NCBI GenBank assembly: GCA_030704615.1
Contig: CM060734.1
Span: forward strand, 61,194,001-61,258,000
DNA: 64,000 nt
Reading direction: 5' to 3'
Source of the DNA: Takakia lepidozioides
Taxonomy: Eukaryota > Plantae > Bryophyta
Part shown: piece by piece, positions 39,420-52,200 of the stretch
Layout of the letters: every line of letters starts with the position of its first letter
Numbering within the stretch: position 1 is the first letter of the stretch
Program-made: the position numbers and the translations under genes
The notes under the pieces: model-generated
Databases searched by the model: none
Told to the model about the DNA's origin: nothing
Seen by the model: only the letters and a program-made list of their open reading frames with translations

Positions 39420-40095
39420 GGCACAAGTGGTTGCCATCACGTCCACGGCAATAATAGTGAGGGCGGACATGGCATACAACATACAACACACATCAGTGTG
39501 AAGGCACTGATGCACAAACGTGCAAGAGGCATCCCTTGTGTCGGAAATCATTGTACAGAGCAGGCCACAATGTTCCCAGAAGTCGTCAAATCCTTTGACT
39601 GTGTAGTACATATATGCTTCGACCTCCATACTTACAAAGAGCTACAACCACTACCCGCCATGCCTTGCGAGCCTTAGACAATAAGTCTGAATGAACTCTG
39701 TCGCATAATCACACTCATAGTAGGGGCCTCCTTCTCAAAAACAAGAGAACATCATGACTTCTAAATGTTCCAGAGAACACGGGTAGTAGCCAAAACCGGA
39801 CAGGGGCTCCACATGGAGCCTAAGTGAAAATTGAAGAGACAAAGACGAGTAGCAACTAGTACAAGATATGGACACCAAAGAGAGTAGAAAGTTAAGACCA
39901 AGTACCAAACTCTAGAGGCCAACACACATTAAATTAAATATTGTTCAATGGTTTCGGTAACATGATGGTTGCAGGTTAAGCAAAGGGTTGGACCATCGGA
40001 TAACGAGACAACCACCGAGAGGATTTTGTTAGCAAGCTTCCAAAGCAAAGCAAAGACTTTAGATGCTTTATCATTTCTCTAGATGTTAGAGGGGG
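39420..40095 (-). mobile_element. Degenerate L1 LINE 3' fragment (zf-RVT)
   Basis: Minus-strand translation KVFALLWKLANKIL...CLTCNHHVTETIEQ..*C..ASRVW, with stops, is homologous to the ORF2 C-terminus at 4310-4880. Confidence 0.75.
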
Positions 40096-40117
40096 AGAGC
40101 CCAAAAGATGTGCTCTT

Positions 40118-41245
40118 CTTCTTTTTCTTTTTTCTTTTAAAAAAAAAGAAGCCTTGAAACTTTATAGCAGGGGACAAATGCCCAAAGAGTACATAGAGGA
40201 AAAAATAAACTATAAAGTGGGTGCCATAGAGGCTGATCCAGGAAGGCAATGCTTTGTAACCAAAGTCCTAAGACAAAGAGGGTAGAAAAGCCGAGAACAG
40301 TGACAAGGGAGAAGCAAGAAGGGACAACAAAACACAGCAGCAGCTCACATCTTACCTAGAAACTCCCACGTTATCTTTTCTGAGGCTCATAAGAAAGAGA
40401 CATAGCAGCAACTGGCCTCATAACTAGAAACTCCCACGTTTTCTTTTATGAGGCTCATAAGAAAGCTGAGTCCTAGACCTCGTCTTCCTAAAAGAACGCT
40501 TGTGCCTCCAATTAACTTTAGAGTCTTTCACTTCCGCTGGTGAGTGCTTCACACTAATGGAGCTCCCAGCCTGTAGGGATTGGGTCAACCCAACAAACTC
40601 CCGAGACTAATGATTTGGAGCAAATGATCTGCCCTCTGGCCCAAGAGCTGTCAAACTAAAGGAGCAGTTGATCTCTCCTTCTTGGGCTACATCTGCGAAG
40701 AGCTTCATACACCACCCCCCAAGCTTTTCTGGCCTCAGACAACAGGTCTGAGTGAACCCCACAAAGAACTGCTCTAACAAAAAATGGCTTTGCATCAAAG
40801 ACGAGCTTGCATCTAGCTTTCCAAATATTCCAAAGAGTATGAGCTGTGGGAGTTGACCAAACCGGGCAATCAGACCAGACGTGATCATCCACATAGTTCA
40901 AAAGAAAAATAGAATTGGAAGGGACAGCCAAGGTCTTCCAAGGGCCGTAGAAAGAAAGCACATAATTCCACACCATGAAGGCCAGCGGATAGTCAATGAA
41001 GCAGTGTTCAATCGTTTCAGGAATTCGCAGATGACAGGAGGAGCAGCTGAGATTGGAGTCAGCGAAATGACTTGTGACAGACATAATTCTGTTAACCAGT
41101 TTCCAAAGAAAGCCACTTAACCTGGCCGACCTATCTCGGAAGGGATACCTACTGATTTTCCCCAATTGACCTTAAGACCTGAGGCATGACAAAAAGTAGA
41201 CAAGGCAAGAAGCAATCTATTGATATTATCAGAGAAGCTGTTGCA
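40118..41245 (-). mobile_element. 5'-truncated, internally deleted L1 LINE
   Basis: FCHASGLKVNWGKSVG (RT end) is joined directly to FLWKLVNRI...CSSCH..ETIEHC (zf-RVT). A-rich tail at ~40118-40138. Confidence 0.8.
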
Positions 41246-41489
41246 TGGGGACTGCAGCCTGAGGGATGCTAGATTGTGAGCGGTGAGCCTGTGCTCATGT
41301 GAGCGGTGTTGCCCCATGATTTTGCAAAAAAGTATTGTACGTAATTCCGCAAATGGCACCCATAACCGCGGGCAGGATGTCCCTGTAGGCATAAAGCGCA
41401 CAGTTACAAGGATCCAACCGATTGCTGCGATATTGACAATGGGCACAATGAAGATTAGTAATTAAGGGGAAGGTGGAATAGTGGATGGA

Positions 41490-42200
41490 TAATTAGGGTT
41501 TTTTTAGGGTTTTTCATGTGTTTTTCCCGCAGATGCCATTGAATGTTTTTCTCGTTTTTTTCGGGTTTTTAGGGTTTTCTTAGGGGATTCATAGGGGGTT
41601 TCATTTTCCCCGCAAATGACACTCACCACTTTCAGAGGATTTTTTTTGGAGAATTTTAAGGGTTTTTAGGTTGGTTTTTTAGGGTTTAAGGGTTTCTTAG
41701 GGTTTTTTTTAGTGTGTGGTGCCACTGAAAGAGGTGTGCGGTGCTGCACACCCTTTTCAGTGTTTTTTTTTTGGGGGGGGTTATTTTAGGTATTTTTCGG
41801 TTTTGTTTTTGGATTTTTATTTTATTTTTCCCCGCATATGCCATTGAAAGTGGGTGTGCAGCACCATACACCATTTTTAGGGGGTTTTTTTTTGGGTTTA
41901 GGGTTTAGGATTTAAAGGGTTTTTTAGGTTTTAAAAAGGTTTTAGGGTTTTTTTAGGGTTTTAGTCTAGTGTGCGGTGCCACTGAAAGAGGTGTGCAGTG
42001 CTGCACACCCCTTTTCAGGGTTTTTGTTTTCCCCTTTTTTGGGGTTTTTTCTTTTTTCTTTTTTTCCTTTTCACAGACGCCACTGAAAGTGGTGTGCGGC
42101 ACAACACACCACTTTTAGGGGTTTTTTCTAGGGTTTTTTCGGGGATTGTTTCGCATATGCTACTGAAAATGGTGTGCGGTACCGCAGACCACTTTCCAGG
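41490..42200. repeat. Array of ~40-bp palindromes separated by degenerate TTTAGGG-like spacers
   Basis: GCCACTGAAAG(T/A)GGTGTGC-N6-GCACACC(A/C)CTTT(T)CAG at ~41721, 41840, 41978, 42079 and 42159, with partial copies at ~41525 and ~41606. Confidence 0.85.
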
Positions 42201-42489
42201 GATATTTTTTTTGTTTTGGCAGAATGGTGTCGTCTTGTTTGCAATATGCAGCATAGGTCAGCAGTGGACACTCCTACCTAAATCGCCAAACTTCTACAAA
42301 AGAAAAATAGTAATGGATGAATTCGCCTAATATGGATGATATAAATGGATGAAAGTACATAGGAGGATGATTCTATCCAAATTTCAATGGATGAACATAT
42401 ATTTCCTGTAAAACTTAAGAGCCACTCGTGCTCTTTTTCAAATTTAAAAAAAAACATTGATCGGACACTTAGCACTACAAAGATACTTT

Positions 42490-43540
42490 AGATCTCAGTT
42501 TATTAAAATATTATGTTGTTGTTCTTGTAAGTAATTATTAACACCTATCTGTCAGTAACTGTTTGGCACACAAAATTAATATTGTCAACCCACAATCGAA
42601 CCTCTGAAATTTTGGTCTAGTGTCGGTATGGTCATATTAGCAATGTTGTTGGACCTTTGAAATTTTGGTGTCATACTTAGTATTATAGGCAAGCCAAGTT
42701 TGAAAACAAAAAATTGGTAAAACAAGAATAAATTACTTTACTATTTTATCTAAACTAAAGCTAACTTTTCAAAGTGAACATCTTCTAGCTGTCACAATCA
42801 AATACAATGTTGTGATTGTCTCATTCTCCCCCACACAAAAGTCCTCATAGATCTTTATATATGAGGTCATAGGTCAACAGGCGGTTGTAATGAATTACAT
42901 CCAACATACAGCTATAAACACAATTTCAACTAAATGCGGACTTTTGGCTTAAATCCGGACCAAACCTGATATACGGTACAATTGGATTAATTGATAAATA
43001 ATATTTTAAAATAACTTATATTTAGTCATCTTTAGTCATATGTAATCATTTAACTTAGAAACAAAGTCGAAGAGCTTCAAACATTATTGATTATTAAATT
43101 TTTATAGCAAGTCATTTAAAAAATTATCATTATATTAATTGTGGTCAATTTAATTGTCAAGGGGGTCCATGATACAATTGAGATATCATTATGGCCGCAA
43201 GGCGAAGTGGCTCTTAGTTACGTCGGCTTCGGAGCCTTCTCTCTGAGATATCATTATGTTTGTAATATGATTGATGTTATAGTTCGAGTGAAAGCGTTAA
43301 TATTGACAAGTTTGTTCATTTAATTGAATTTTCATTGAATCGGATACTTAACAAGAAATCTCAATTTGTTAAAATATTATATTATTATTATTATTGTAAT
43401 TAATTATTAACACCTAGCTGTCAGTAACTCTTTGGCACACAAAATTAATATTGTCAACCCACAATTAGCAATGTTGTCAAACATCGGAAATTTTGGTCTA
43501 GTGTCGGTATGGTAATGTTAGCAATGTCGTCGGACCTCTG
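42490..43540. repeat. Direct repeat of ~180 bp (42490-42670 vs 43355-43540)
   Basis: AATTATTAACACCTA.CTGTCAGTAACT.TTTGGCACACAAAATTAATATTGTCAACCCACAAT...GGTCTAGTGTCGGTATGGT occurs twice. Confidence 0.85.
43194..43243 (+). mobile_element. 50-bp 3'-end copy of the 39143-39399 family, with a 15-bp TSD
   Basis: Flanked by TGAGATATCATTATG (43179-43193 and 43244-43258). Shares GGCGAAGTGGCTCTTAGTTA and the TTCTCTC end. Confidence 0.78.
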
Positions 43541-43541
43541 A

Positions 43542-43775
43542 TTTTTTATTCTTTATTTTTTAAAAGAAAACCTGGGAGCTACTGCTCACAATTTAGGCCC
43601 TTGAGGAGGGGGAAAAATTAACCCCCTTTCAGATAAGCCCTTAGGCACACGGAAGGGATACCACCACTAGACCACCTTGCCACAAACAATCCACACACCG
43701 CGCAGGTAGCGGGTTCGAACCCTGAACCACCAGGGTGACACATTGTGCACTTACTAGACTAGGGCTTCGCGTGCT
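43542..43775 (-). mobile_element. Putative tRNA-derived SINE
   Basis: Minus strand has an A-box-like TAGTCTAGTAAG, a B-box GGTTCGAACCC ~30 nt later, and an A-rich tail at 43542-43561. No TSD found. Confidence 0.55.
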
Positions 43776-44271
43776 CCGCACTACTAGCGACGAATTCTGA
43801 GAACTACGTTCAATTTTTCACAAAAAGGGGTGGGTCATCCCCATGGTGTTACATACATACAACCCATATTTCATTGTGTTCCGGAAGAAGAACGGCGGAG
43901 TGTTGCCGAAGCTATCATATTATTTTTATTCTTCAAAGGAAAGAGGGCCGAAATCTTGCTGGTCCCTCCTTTTCGGCATCCCTCCTTTTCGGCATCCCCA
44001 GAGTTTTACAAGTCCGATATCAATTGGAAGCACAAAAAGGTTGCCATTAAGACCAATTACGATAGGTAGACACCTAACACTTTCAAAAAGAGAAGCTACT
44101 TCTCACGAATCAGGCCCCTTCAATACAGTGAGGAGAAAATAACCTATTTGATAAAGATAAAGGTAAATTTTCTTTGATGTCCAATGATTTACAGAGCCTA
44201 CTGCTCAACACAGGGACCGGAGGTGGGGGGGGGGGGGGGAGAAAATCATACCACACCGACAAGGTCAACCT

Positions 44272-44338
44272 GCCTCTCATTTTAAGATAATAGGGTCTTC
44301 AATGGGCACGTGCGATGTGGCCGGTTGGAATGAGAGGC
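44272..44338. mobile_element. 67-bp minimal derivative of the MULE at 52672-63501
   Basis: About 54 bp of one TIR plus the last 10 bp (AATGAGAGGC) of the other. 9-bp TSD GGTCAACCT (44263-71 and 44339-47). Confidence 0.93.
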
Positions 44339-45139
44339 GGTCAACCTTGTCGTTTATTTATATATACGGTAAATCGTATTAAATCAAGGGAAATAACCTT
44401 GGGAGAACTTTAAGGCCTTAGGTGGGTATCATAGCCTAGGGAAGATATTTTTGTCTTGGATATGAAACTGCAAAAGGCTACATTTGTTTGTTGTGGTATG
44501 GATCAAAGATCCGGACCGAGGGGGTACATATTGACAATATTTCATGAAGATAAGAGCTGTTGCTCTACATAAATGACCAAAACAGAGGAAGTCTTGGATG
44601 GGGAGGACCACACTTAGGTTCCTTGGCTCCTATCATTGTTCTTCCCAGTCTTCTGTTTGAAAATAATCAGTTAAAGAGGGTAGCCCTGGGATGGCTGGAG
44701 ATGCACTAGTTACAAAGTTGCCACTAGCCTTGGCCCAGAGAGAGGGGGGCTGGTAAGCCAAGCTGGAAAATGTTGAACAAGAGAAAACTTCATCAGCACT
44801 ACTGAGAATGGTGAATTTCACATTGAGTTAACAATGCCTGAACAGATAGATACACTGAACATTCTTGCGAGGGACCAGTTCCATTATACAACATTAAAAC
44901 CAATCATACAAAGCCACAGTAGCCCATACCAGGGCTACTGGTCACCTTGGTCGAAGAATAATGACCTACAATGTTGCACTTCAGGCGTTTCCAAGGAACA
45001 AGAGCTGCACAATGAAGGTGCGAGCGACTAATACCACTTACTACCATGGCTTGGCCAGCTTCAAAGAATGTACTCATAAGACGTTGTTTGCCGTAGCCTT
45101 GTGGCCATTGACCCTGCGCCCAGTGTGAGCGGAACACAA

Positions 45140-47298
45140 AGGGATGTGGTGGCAAAGAGAAAATTCCTTTCCTCCTCCCCCACATCATGCAATACAAAGC
45201 GTGTGTCAAGCACATACCCCGCCTCCTTCATCATTCTTCTCACCTTTGCAGTATCATCCCACCTGCCAGCTGCAACATAGATGTTTGATAGCAACACATA
45301 CGTCGCGGCATCTGTTCATCCACTTGGGGATAGATGTTGCCGCATGTCAGCCATCTCCACATTGCCATGGATTCACACCACAACATCTGGATTGATTGGC
45401 ATTTTATTATTCAGGTCCACTGCCTCACCCAGTTGTCGCGCACGTCCAAGAAGCTCCACCATGCAGCCAAAGTGCTTTACTGTCAGAGTGACACCATGAT
45501 CTTGACTCAGGGAATCGAAGTAGCATCTTCTTTCATTCAGTAGGCCAGTGTATCTGCATGCAGAGAGAACACATAAACGTGATATTGTCGGCTTCAAGCC
45601 GTCCCTTTGCATTCCTTCAAATAGTTGCAGGACCTCCCTATGACAACCATGCTGGGCATATCCTGCGATCATAGCATTCAATGACACCACATTTCGTTCA
45701 GTCACATTGTCAAATACTCCCTTTGCATCCTTAATGCACCCACATTTCTCATACATGTCCACCAGGGCAGTGTCCAGAATGACATTTGGTACAATTCCAG
45801 CTTTGAGGATGTCACCATGCACCTCTTTGCCCTTTTCTAGGGCTGCCAGGCTTGCACAAGCATTGCAAACGCACACAATGTGATGTGGTTGCACCTCACC
45901 CCTTCCCCCATCATTTGCTCATGTCTCCAAGGCCTCCATCCCGCGCCCCTGCTGTGCATATCCTGCAAGTCTCGTTCAGCCATATTGTTGAACACTCCCT
46001 CCGCATCCTCAATGCTCCCACGGTTGGCATACATGTCCACGAGGGTATTAATGGTACAATTCCAGCTTTGGTGATGCTGCACCTCTTTGCCCTTTTACAG
46101 GGCTGCCAGGCTTGCACACGCACACAAACGTGATGTGGTCAGGCTTCACCCCTCCCCCCATCATTTGCTAATAGGTCTCCAAAGCCTCCATCCCGCGCCC
46201 CTGCTGTGCATACCGTGCAAGCATTGCGTTCCATGACACCACATCTCGTTCAGCTATAGTGTTGAAAACTCCCTTCGCATCCTTAATGCACCCACATTTG
46301 GCATACATGTCCACCAGGGCAATGTCCAGGATGACATCTGGTACACTTCCAGCTTTGACAATGTCACCATGGACCTCTTTCCCCTTTCCCAGAGCTCCCA
46401 TGCAAACACAAACAAATGTGATGTGGTTGGGCTTCACCCCTTTGCGCATCATTTGCTCATAGGTCTCCTCCATCCCGCACCCTTGCTGTGCATATCCTGC
46501 AATCATCGCACTCCACGACACCACATCTCGTTCAGCCATACTGTCGAACACCCCCTTCATACATGTCAACGAGGGTATTGTTCAGAAGGACATTTGGTAC
46601 AATTGCAGCTCTGACAATGTCACCATGCACCTCTTCGCCCTCTTCCAGAGCTGCCAGGCTTGCACACGCATTGCAAATGCACAGAAACATGAGGTGGTCG
46701 GGCTTCACCCCATCCCCCACCATTTGATCATAGGTCTCCAAGGCCTCCATACCACGCCTGGCATATGTGCATACCCTGCAAGCATCGTGTTCCACGTGAT
46801 CAAAGATCGTTGAGGCATTCTGTTGAACACTTGGTGAGCATCCATGATGGTCCCGCACTTAACATACATGTTGACAAGGGTGTTGAGTGGAAAAACATTT
46901 GGCATGAATCGACTTTGGATAATGTGAGTGTGCATCTGCTTTCCAGCTTCCAGACCTTCCATCTTGATGCACTTAAGCAAGAGACAGACATACGTATCTG
47001 AATCTGCTGAAATGCCTCCTTGGTTTAAAGTCTGTAGAGCCTCTGTCAGTCTGCCTGCCGCACAAAGCATCTTCACATACCCAGAAGTGCCAGAAGAGGC
47101 ATTGTGGACTCCCTCTCTTGATCCTCTTTCAGAAGCTGTGGTCAAGGTTGAGGTGCCTGATTTTATCAACTGTGCCGCTGCAGCTGCTGCCTTTAGTTGA
47201 TCATCTACATGAAGGTTTCTTGTAGCTATTGATCCACAGATAATCATAGGTAATCTGGAGTTTGGAAGTCCGGCCCTCTTGGATGAATCTAGACCCAC
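45140..47298 (-). pseudogene. PLS-class PPR (E/DYW-type RNA editing factor) pseudogene
   Basis: ALVDMYAKCG, ERDVVSWNAM, GVKPNHITF repeats; E domain YVLLSNIY; DYW start GYVLDTRFVLHDV. Many frameshifts, and truncated at the HSE motif. Confidence 0.9.
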
Positions 47299-47999
47299 AC
47301 TCTATCCCTGCTCCTTCAGCTATCCATGCCTCTGCACAAATCATGCATACATCTTTGCCTTGCTGCTAGTAGCTGACAATGACAGCCTAGATTTGTCTTA
47401 GGAAACACCCAAATCAACTTATCACACTAGTTCCTATGCTCAATTGCATCTGCTACTCTCTGTAATCCAACAGGCATTCACCTTTTTGCCTTGATTGTCC
47501 CACCATTGACTGGGGTCAGAAAAGTAGTCATTCCACAGCTCCTCCTCGTCTCTGTTACCTGTTTCTGGATACTTTCCTGTTGTCACATTGGCAGTATCAT
47601 GTCAGTCACTCCAAACTAACAAAGGTTCACGCAACCAGCTAACCTGCAGAATTCAACATGAAAATTTAGGGCTGATTCTGATACGATGGAAAAACAGGGT
47701 GAAATCTGTTGAATACCAACCATGTTACCATACCAAATGTACAAACCATGTTACAACCTCAATGCAGCTGCTCCCTCACAAGTTTCTGACATCTGTCCTT
47801 ACGTCATTTGTGTTCATCCCTCCAGCAAGGCTCAGCATAGTAGTGGATAGCATCACACAAGCTGCTGCCTGCTAACAATGCTTTTCACCACATGTTCTGC
47901 TACCCCCACATCTCCATGAAGTTTGCAGGCACCAAGCAAGGCCCTCCATACCCTAGGATCTGGTTGGATTGACATTTTGCTACTATAAACTCCTCTGCC

Positions 48000-49205
48000 T
48001 CATCTAATCGCCCTGCACAGCCAAGAAGGTCCACCATGCAACCATCGCGTTCCAAGACACCACATTTCATTCAGCCATATTGCTGTTCGCATCCTCGATG
48101 CTCCCACATTTGGCATGCATGTCATTGGGTACAATTCCAGCTCTGACAATGTCGCCATGGGCCTCTTTGCCCTTTTCCAGAGCTCCCAGGCTTGCACACG
48201 CATTGCAAACACAAACGTGATGTGGTTGGGCTTCACCCCTTCCCCCATCATTTGCTCATAGGTCTCCAAAGCCTCCACCCCACATCCCTGCTGTGCATAC
48301 CCTACAAGCATCGCGCTCCATGACACCACATCTCGTTCAGCCACATTGTTGAAAACTGCCCTTGCATCCTTAATACACCCACATTTGGCATACATGTCCA
48401 CCAGGGCAGTGTTCAGAAGAACATCTGGTACAATTCCAGCTTTTGACGATGTCATCATGGACCTCTTTCACCTTTTCCAGGGCTCCCAGGCTTGCACACG
48501 CATAAATGAACGTGATGGGGGTGAAATGTGTTGAAGAAGGTGCCTTCATTAGCAATGCCTGAGTTTATCAATTGTGCCGCTGCTGCTGCGGCTTCCAGTT
48601 GACCATCTACCCATGCAGGTTTCTTGTAGCTATCATTCCACAGGGAATCATAGGTAATCTGGAGCTTGAAATCCGACCCTCTTGGATGAATCTGGACCCA
48701 CACCCTATCCCTGCTCCTTCAGCTATATCCTGCAATCATGGCACACCACGAGACAGCATCACGTTGAACATCTTGTCAAATACTTTACAGGCATCCTGCA
48801 TGCTGCCACAAGTGGCATACATGTCCAAAAGGGTATTGTCCAGAATGATATCTGTAGCAATTCCCCCTTTTGACGATGTCACCGTGCACACTCTGCCCTT
48901 TTCCAGGGACCCCAGCTGGCATTGTTGAACACTTGACGTGCATCCTTCAGGCTGCCAGATTTCGCATACATATCAATAAGGGCATTCTGCAAAATGATAT
49001 CTGGGGCAAGTCCAGCTTTGAGGATGTCCTTGTGCACCTCTCTGCCCTTTCCAGGGGCCACAAGCTGGCGCATGCTTTGAGAACGCAAGTGAATGTGACC
49101 GCATTTGCCATCACCCCTTTGTGTATCATCTGGTCATAAACACAAACAAACGTGATGTGGTTGGGCTTCACCCCTTCACGCATCATTTGCTCATAGGTCT
49201 CCAAA
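48000..49205 (-). pseudogene. Second mosaic PLS-PPR pseudogene fragment
   Basis: Frameshifted PPR motifs. 48170-48450 resembles 46130-46500, and 48555-48725 duplicates 47150-47325. Confidence 0.85.
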
Positions 49206-52200
49206 GCATCTCATGCTTGGTGACATGCTCATGCTTTCCATAGTAGAAGGTCCGATCACAAAGACATGCATGATTATTTTGTAGCCCATCCCCACAAAGT
49301 CAAGAACCGTTCTTTGACGAGTCGTGGCCGCGAGCGGCATACTAGCTAGAGGGTCGTGGTAAGTTGCGGTGTAGGTTGGGCTCGAGGAACCGCCTACCAG
49401 CTGCGTGTAGAGGATTTGCGGCATGCATCTGATGAACAATTGCAATCTAGAGTTCCTACCGGCAAAGAAGAGTTTAATTGCTCTTCCTCACAGGGCGATT
49501 TGCGTTTTCTAAGTCCTACGGTATGTCTACAATTTATTCGATAGATGCCTTCCAAGTTTTAGCCGGGGCAAAAATTCAAGCCCCTTCACAAAACGACTCC
49601 CGAGTTCAAGGAAGCGGTTCTGTTCTCGACCGCCCAATGCCCCTCTTTCCGGCCAAGTCCGTAGTTCAAACGACTGTAGAGGAAGGGCTATGTATTCCCG
49701 GGAACGTTGGGTTTTAGTTCCAAGGGAACCTAGATCAAATATAGGGTCAAAGGCTCCCTGGGACCAATCTACCTATTCAATCAAAATAATTCACGATTAG
49801 TCCCTGACCCAAATCATACCACTTCAACTTAATGGGAGCCCTCGGCACTCCGGAATGGGGGTAGATCCCAGCCACACAATGCCCCTAATCCTTGGACTTC
49901 GCAACCCTCAATCCTATATTAGCCCCAACCACCCTTTTACTTAATTTTCAAGTCCAAAGAGGGTCCCTAAATAACTTCCATATAGGGCGAATTATATGAG
50001 TATTTATCCTATTTATAAAATCGCATGAATTAATAAATAAACAGGAAAAAAAACTTTAAAAAAAAGGAATAAGTAGAGGATTCCCTGAGGATCTCAAGGA
50101 TCCCGAGATTACCTCCAGGGGTCACAGGAACACCCTGGGAACGCTTTCCTTCATTGGGAACAACGGGGAACCGCTCTTCTCAATGGAAGCGCCCCTAATT
50201 CCATGACCCACTCAATGGCTCATTAGCAACTTATGGGGGGTGATTGGCCCCAGATGAATGAAAATTCAATTTTAATAGTTTATCATCCGTGTGGTATTTT
50301 CATGAATAAACAAACAATATAATGCTAGTGGGTCCCAAGGGCTATTCAGTGGGCTTTTCCCCCTCCCTAGTCTTAAATATGTGTGTTGGCTTTGATGGAG
50401 GATGCGTACTTTCGGTAATGAGACGACATGTACCTCGCTTTGCTGGCGATGGTATACAAAGATCTCATAATGGAATAAGAAAAATTGTGGGCGAAATGTG
50501 TTGCAGATTGTCATAAGGCCCCCAGCAGGCACTTGCAATCCATGCCACCTTCAAATCGACATGGGCCTGCCATGGCATCATTTGTCAAAGCGACGAGCCA
50601 TACCTCTGTGTTTGGAACGCTCTCCCCCCTCAACGCTGGAAAAACCTCAGAGCTCCACTCCATGGCCTCGCTAGAATTTGAGAGAGACGTGAATTGGAAA
50701 CATGTCAAACACCCCACCACGACTTCCAGGCTCAATTTTCGCTAAGTATGCTTATGTTGTAGATTAGTTCCTCGGTAATCTCTGCTTCATACTGAGCCAT
50801 TTGGAGGACTCTCATGAGAAAGCTAGGTTATATCTAGAGGATTTTTTCAAGTACGATGCTGCACTATTATGTACAGGTTCTGATTCACTCCATAGTGACT
50901 ACGGTATGTAACCCTTATGAAAATGGATGGAAAGTCTTAGAGGCCAACGAAAAATGGTTTTTTCATTCATTTATTGGACGATTAGTTTTTATTTTCATCC
51001 ATCTAGCCTACTGGACGAAATTATGATTTTCATCCATTGGACGAAATAGAAAATCACTTATCTAGCCTTCGCGAATGCTGTTGGCCTTGGAAATTGTGGT
51101 CGTTGCTAATCTCCACCATAAATCACCAAAATTGGTGATAAACTACAATTGGGTACATTGCATCAGCTTGTAAATTTTAGGTCCATCGGGGGTAAAAAGA
51201 TACTCCGCTCGCCAATCTTTGTAGTTTCGCCATATAGGAATTTTGCCATTTCCTTGGAAAACAATTTACTGGTGGTGGCCCTGGGGTCTTTGGCCCTACC
51301 ACTGGGTCACAGATCGTCCGAATTCATCTCCAACCAAACCGCATCGCTAACAAGGCCACGCCTCGCCTTGAAGTCGTCCTGATTCGCTGTACATCCCAAT
51401 GCAGCAACCTGCTTTTCTGCAATATTTCATCGCTATACAACTACTCCTACCAATTGCCAAGTTTTCCCTCGTCGTGAACCTACTGGACTTGAGAGAAGGG
51501 ATAACAGAAAAATTGCAATCATGTATCCAAACAGTCGCCTCGTAATGTTCGAACAGCCCTACCGTTACTGGTATCGATTTGGCAGCCTATCCTGCTGTCG
51601 ATGCAGCTTCCTACGGTCATTTTGACGCCAGAGTTCCTCTTGATGGCCACCTTAGACTCTGCCTAAGTTCCTAAGTGATGTACCAACGATCTTCCAAATA
51701 ACTAACAAAACGTCCTGCTTTGGCTATACAATGCCGAAACTGTCTGTCTTAAGATTAAAAACGATATGAAAATAAAAATGTACCCTTATATGCATCTACA
51801 CTCTTGCCTCTTTTCTCAAACGTGGCATCTCGATTAGCTCGTAATAGTTGAGGGTAGGGCCAGCTTATAAAGCAGTTGTGCGGTTTGCAAAGACTACAGA
51901 CATGATATTGTATGAAGCGGAGGGGGGAGAGTCTGCAAAAACATGGAGAAAAAATGGGTTAGTACTGGGGGGGGGGGGGGGGGGGAGAGGGGGAGGAGTA
52001 CAACACGTAAGCATAGTTGTAATATGCCCATGAGTTCTTGGAGGCTGGATTTAGTTGGAGGTCAACGGAGACGTGTACCAGAGCCAAACAGATGAGTAAC
52101 TAGATATTTGAGAACGAATTGGCATGACATTAGGTGGAGGTGATACCAAGCAAACGTTCTGAATGAATTGATGGGGTAGTGCCAAGGAAGTCGTTACCAA

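Noticed and set aside
41490-42200. CRISPR array
   Set aside because: Eukaryotic context, no cas genes, degenerate repeats, and low-complexity spacers of variable length.
42472-42481. CACTA transposon terminus (CACTACAAAG)
   Set aside because: No matching opposite end or 3-bp TSD, and it points away from the hairpin array.
39141-43245. 4-kb TIR element bounded by inverted CAGAGAGAAG repeats
   Set aside because: Each repeat has its own TSD, so they are two independent insertions in opposite orientation.
43700-43775. Functional tRNA gene
   Set aside because: A B-box is present, but no convincing cloverleaf; the A-rich tail fits a SINE better.
49221-50126. Solo LTR (TGACATG...GGTCACA)
   Set aside because: The TG...CA ends are plausible, but the flanks (CTTGG / GGAAC) give no TSD, and there is no second LTR, PBS or PPT.
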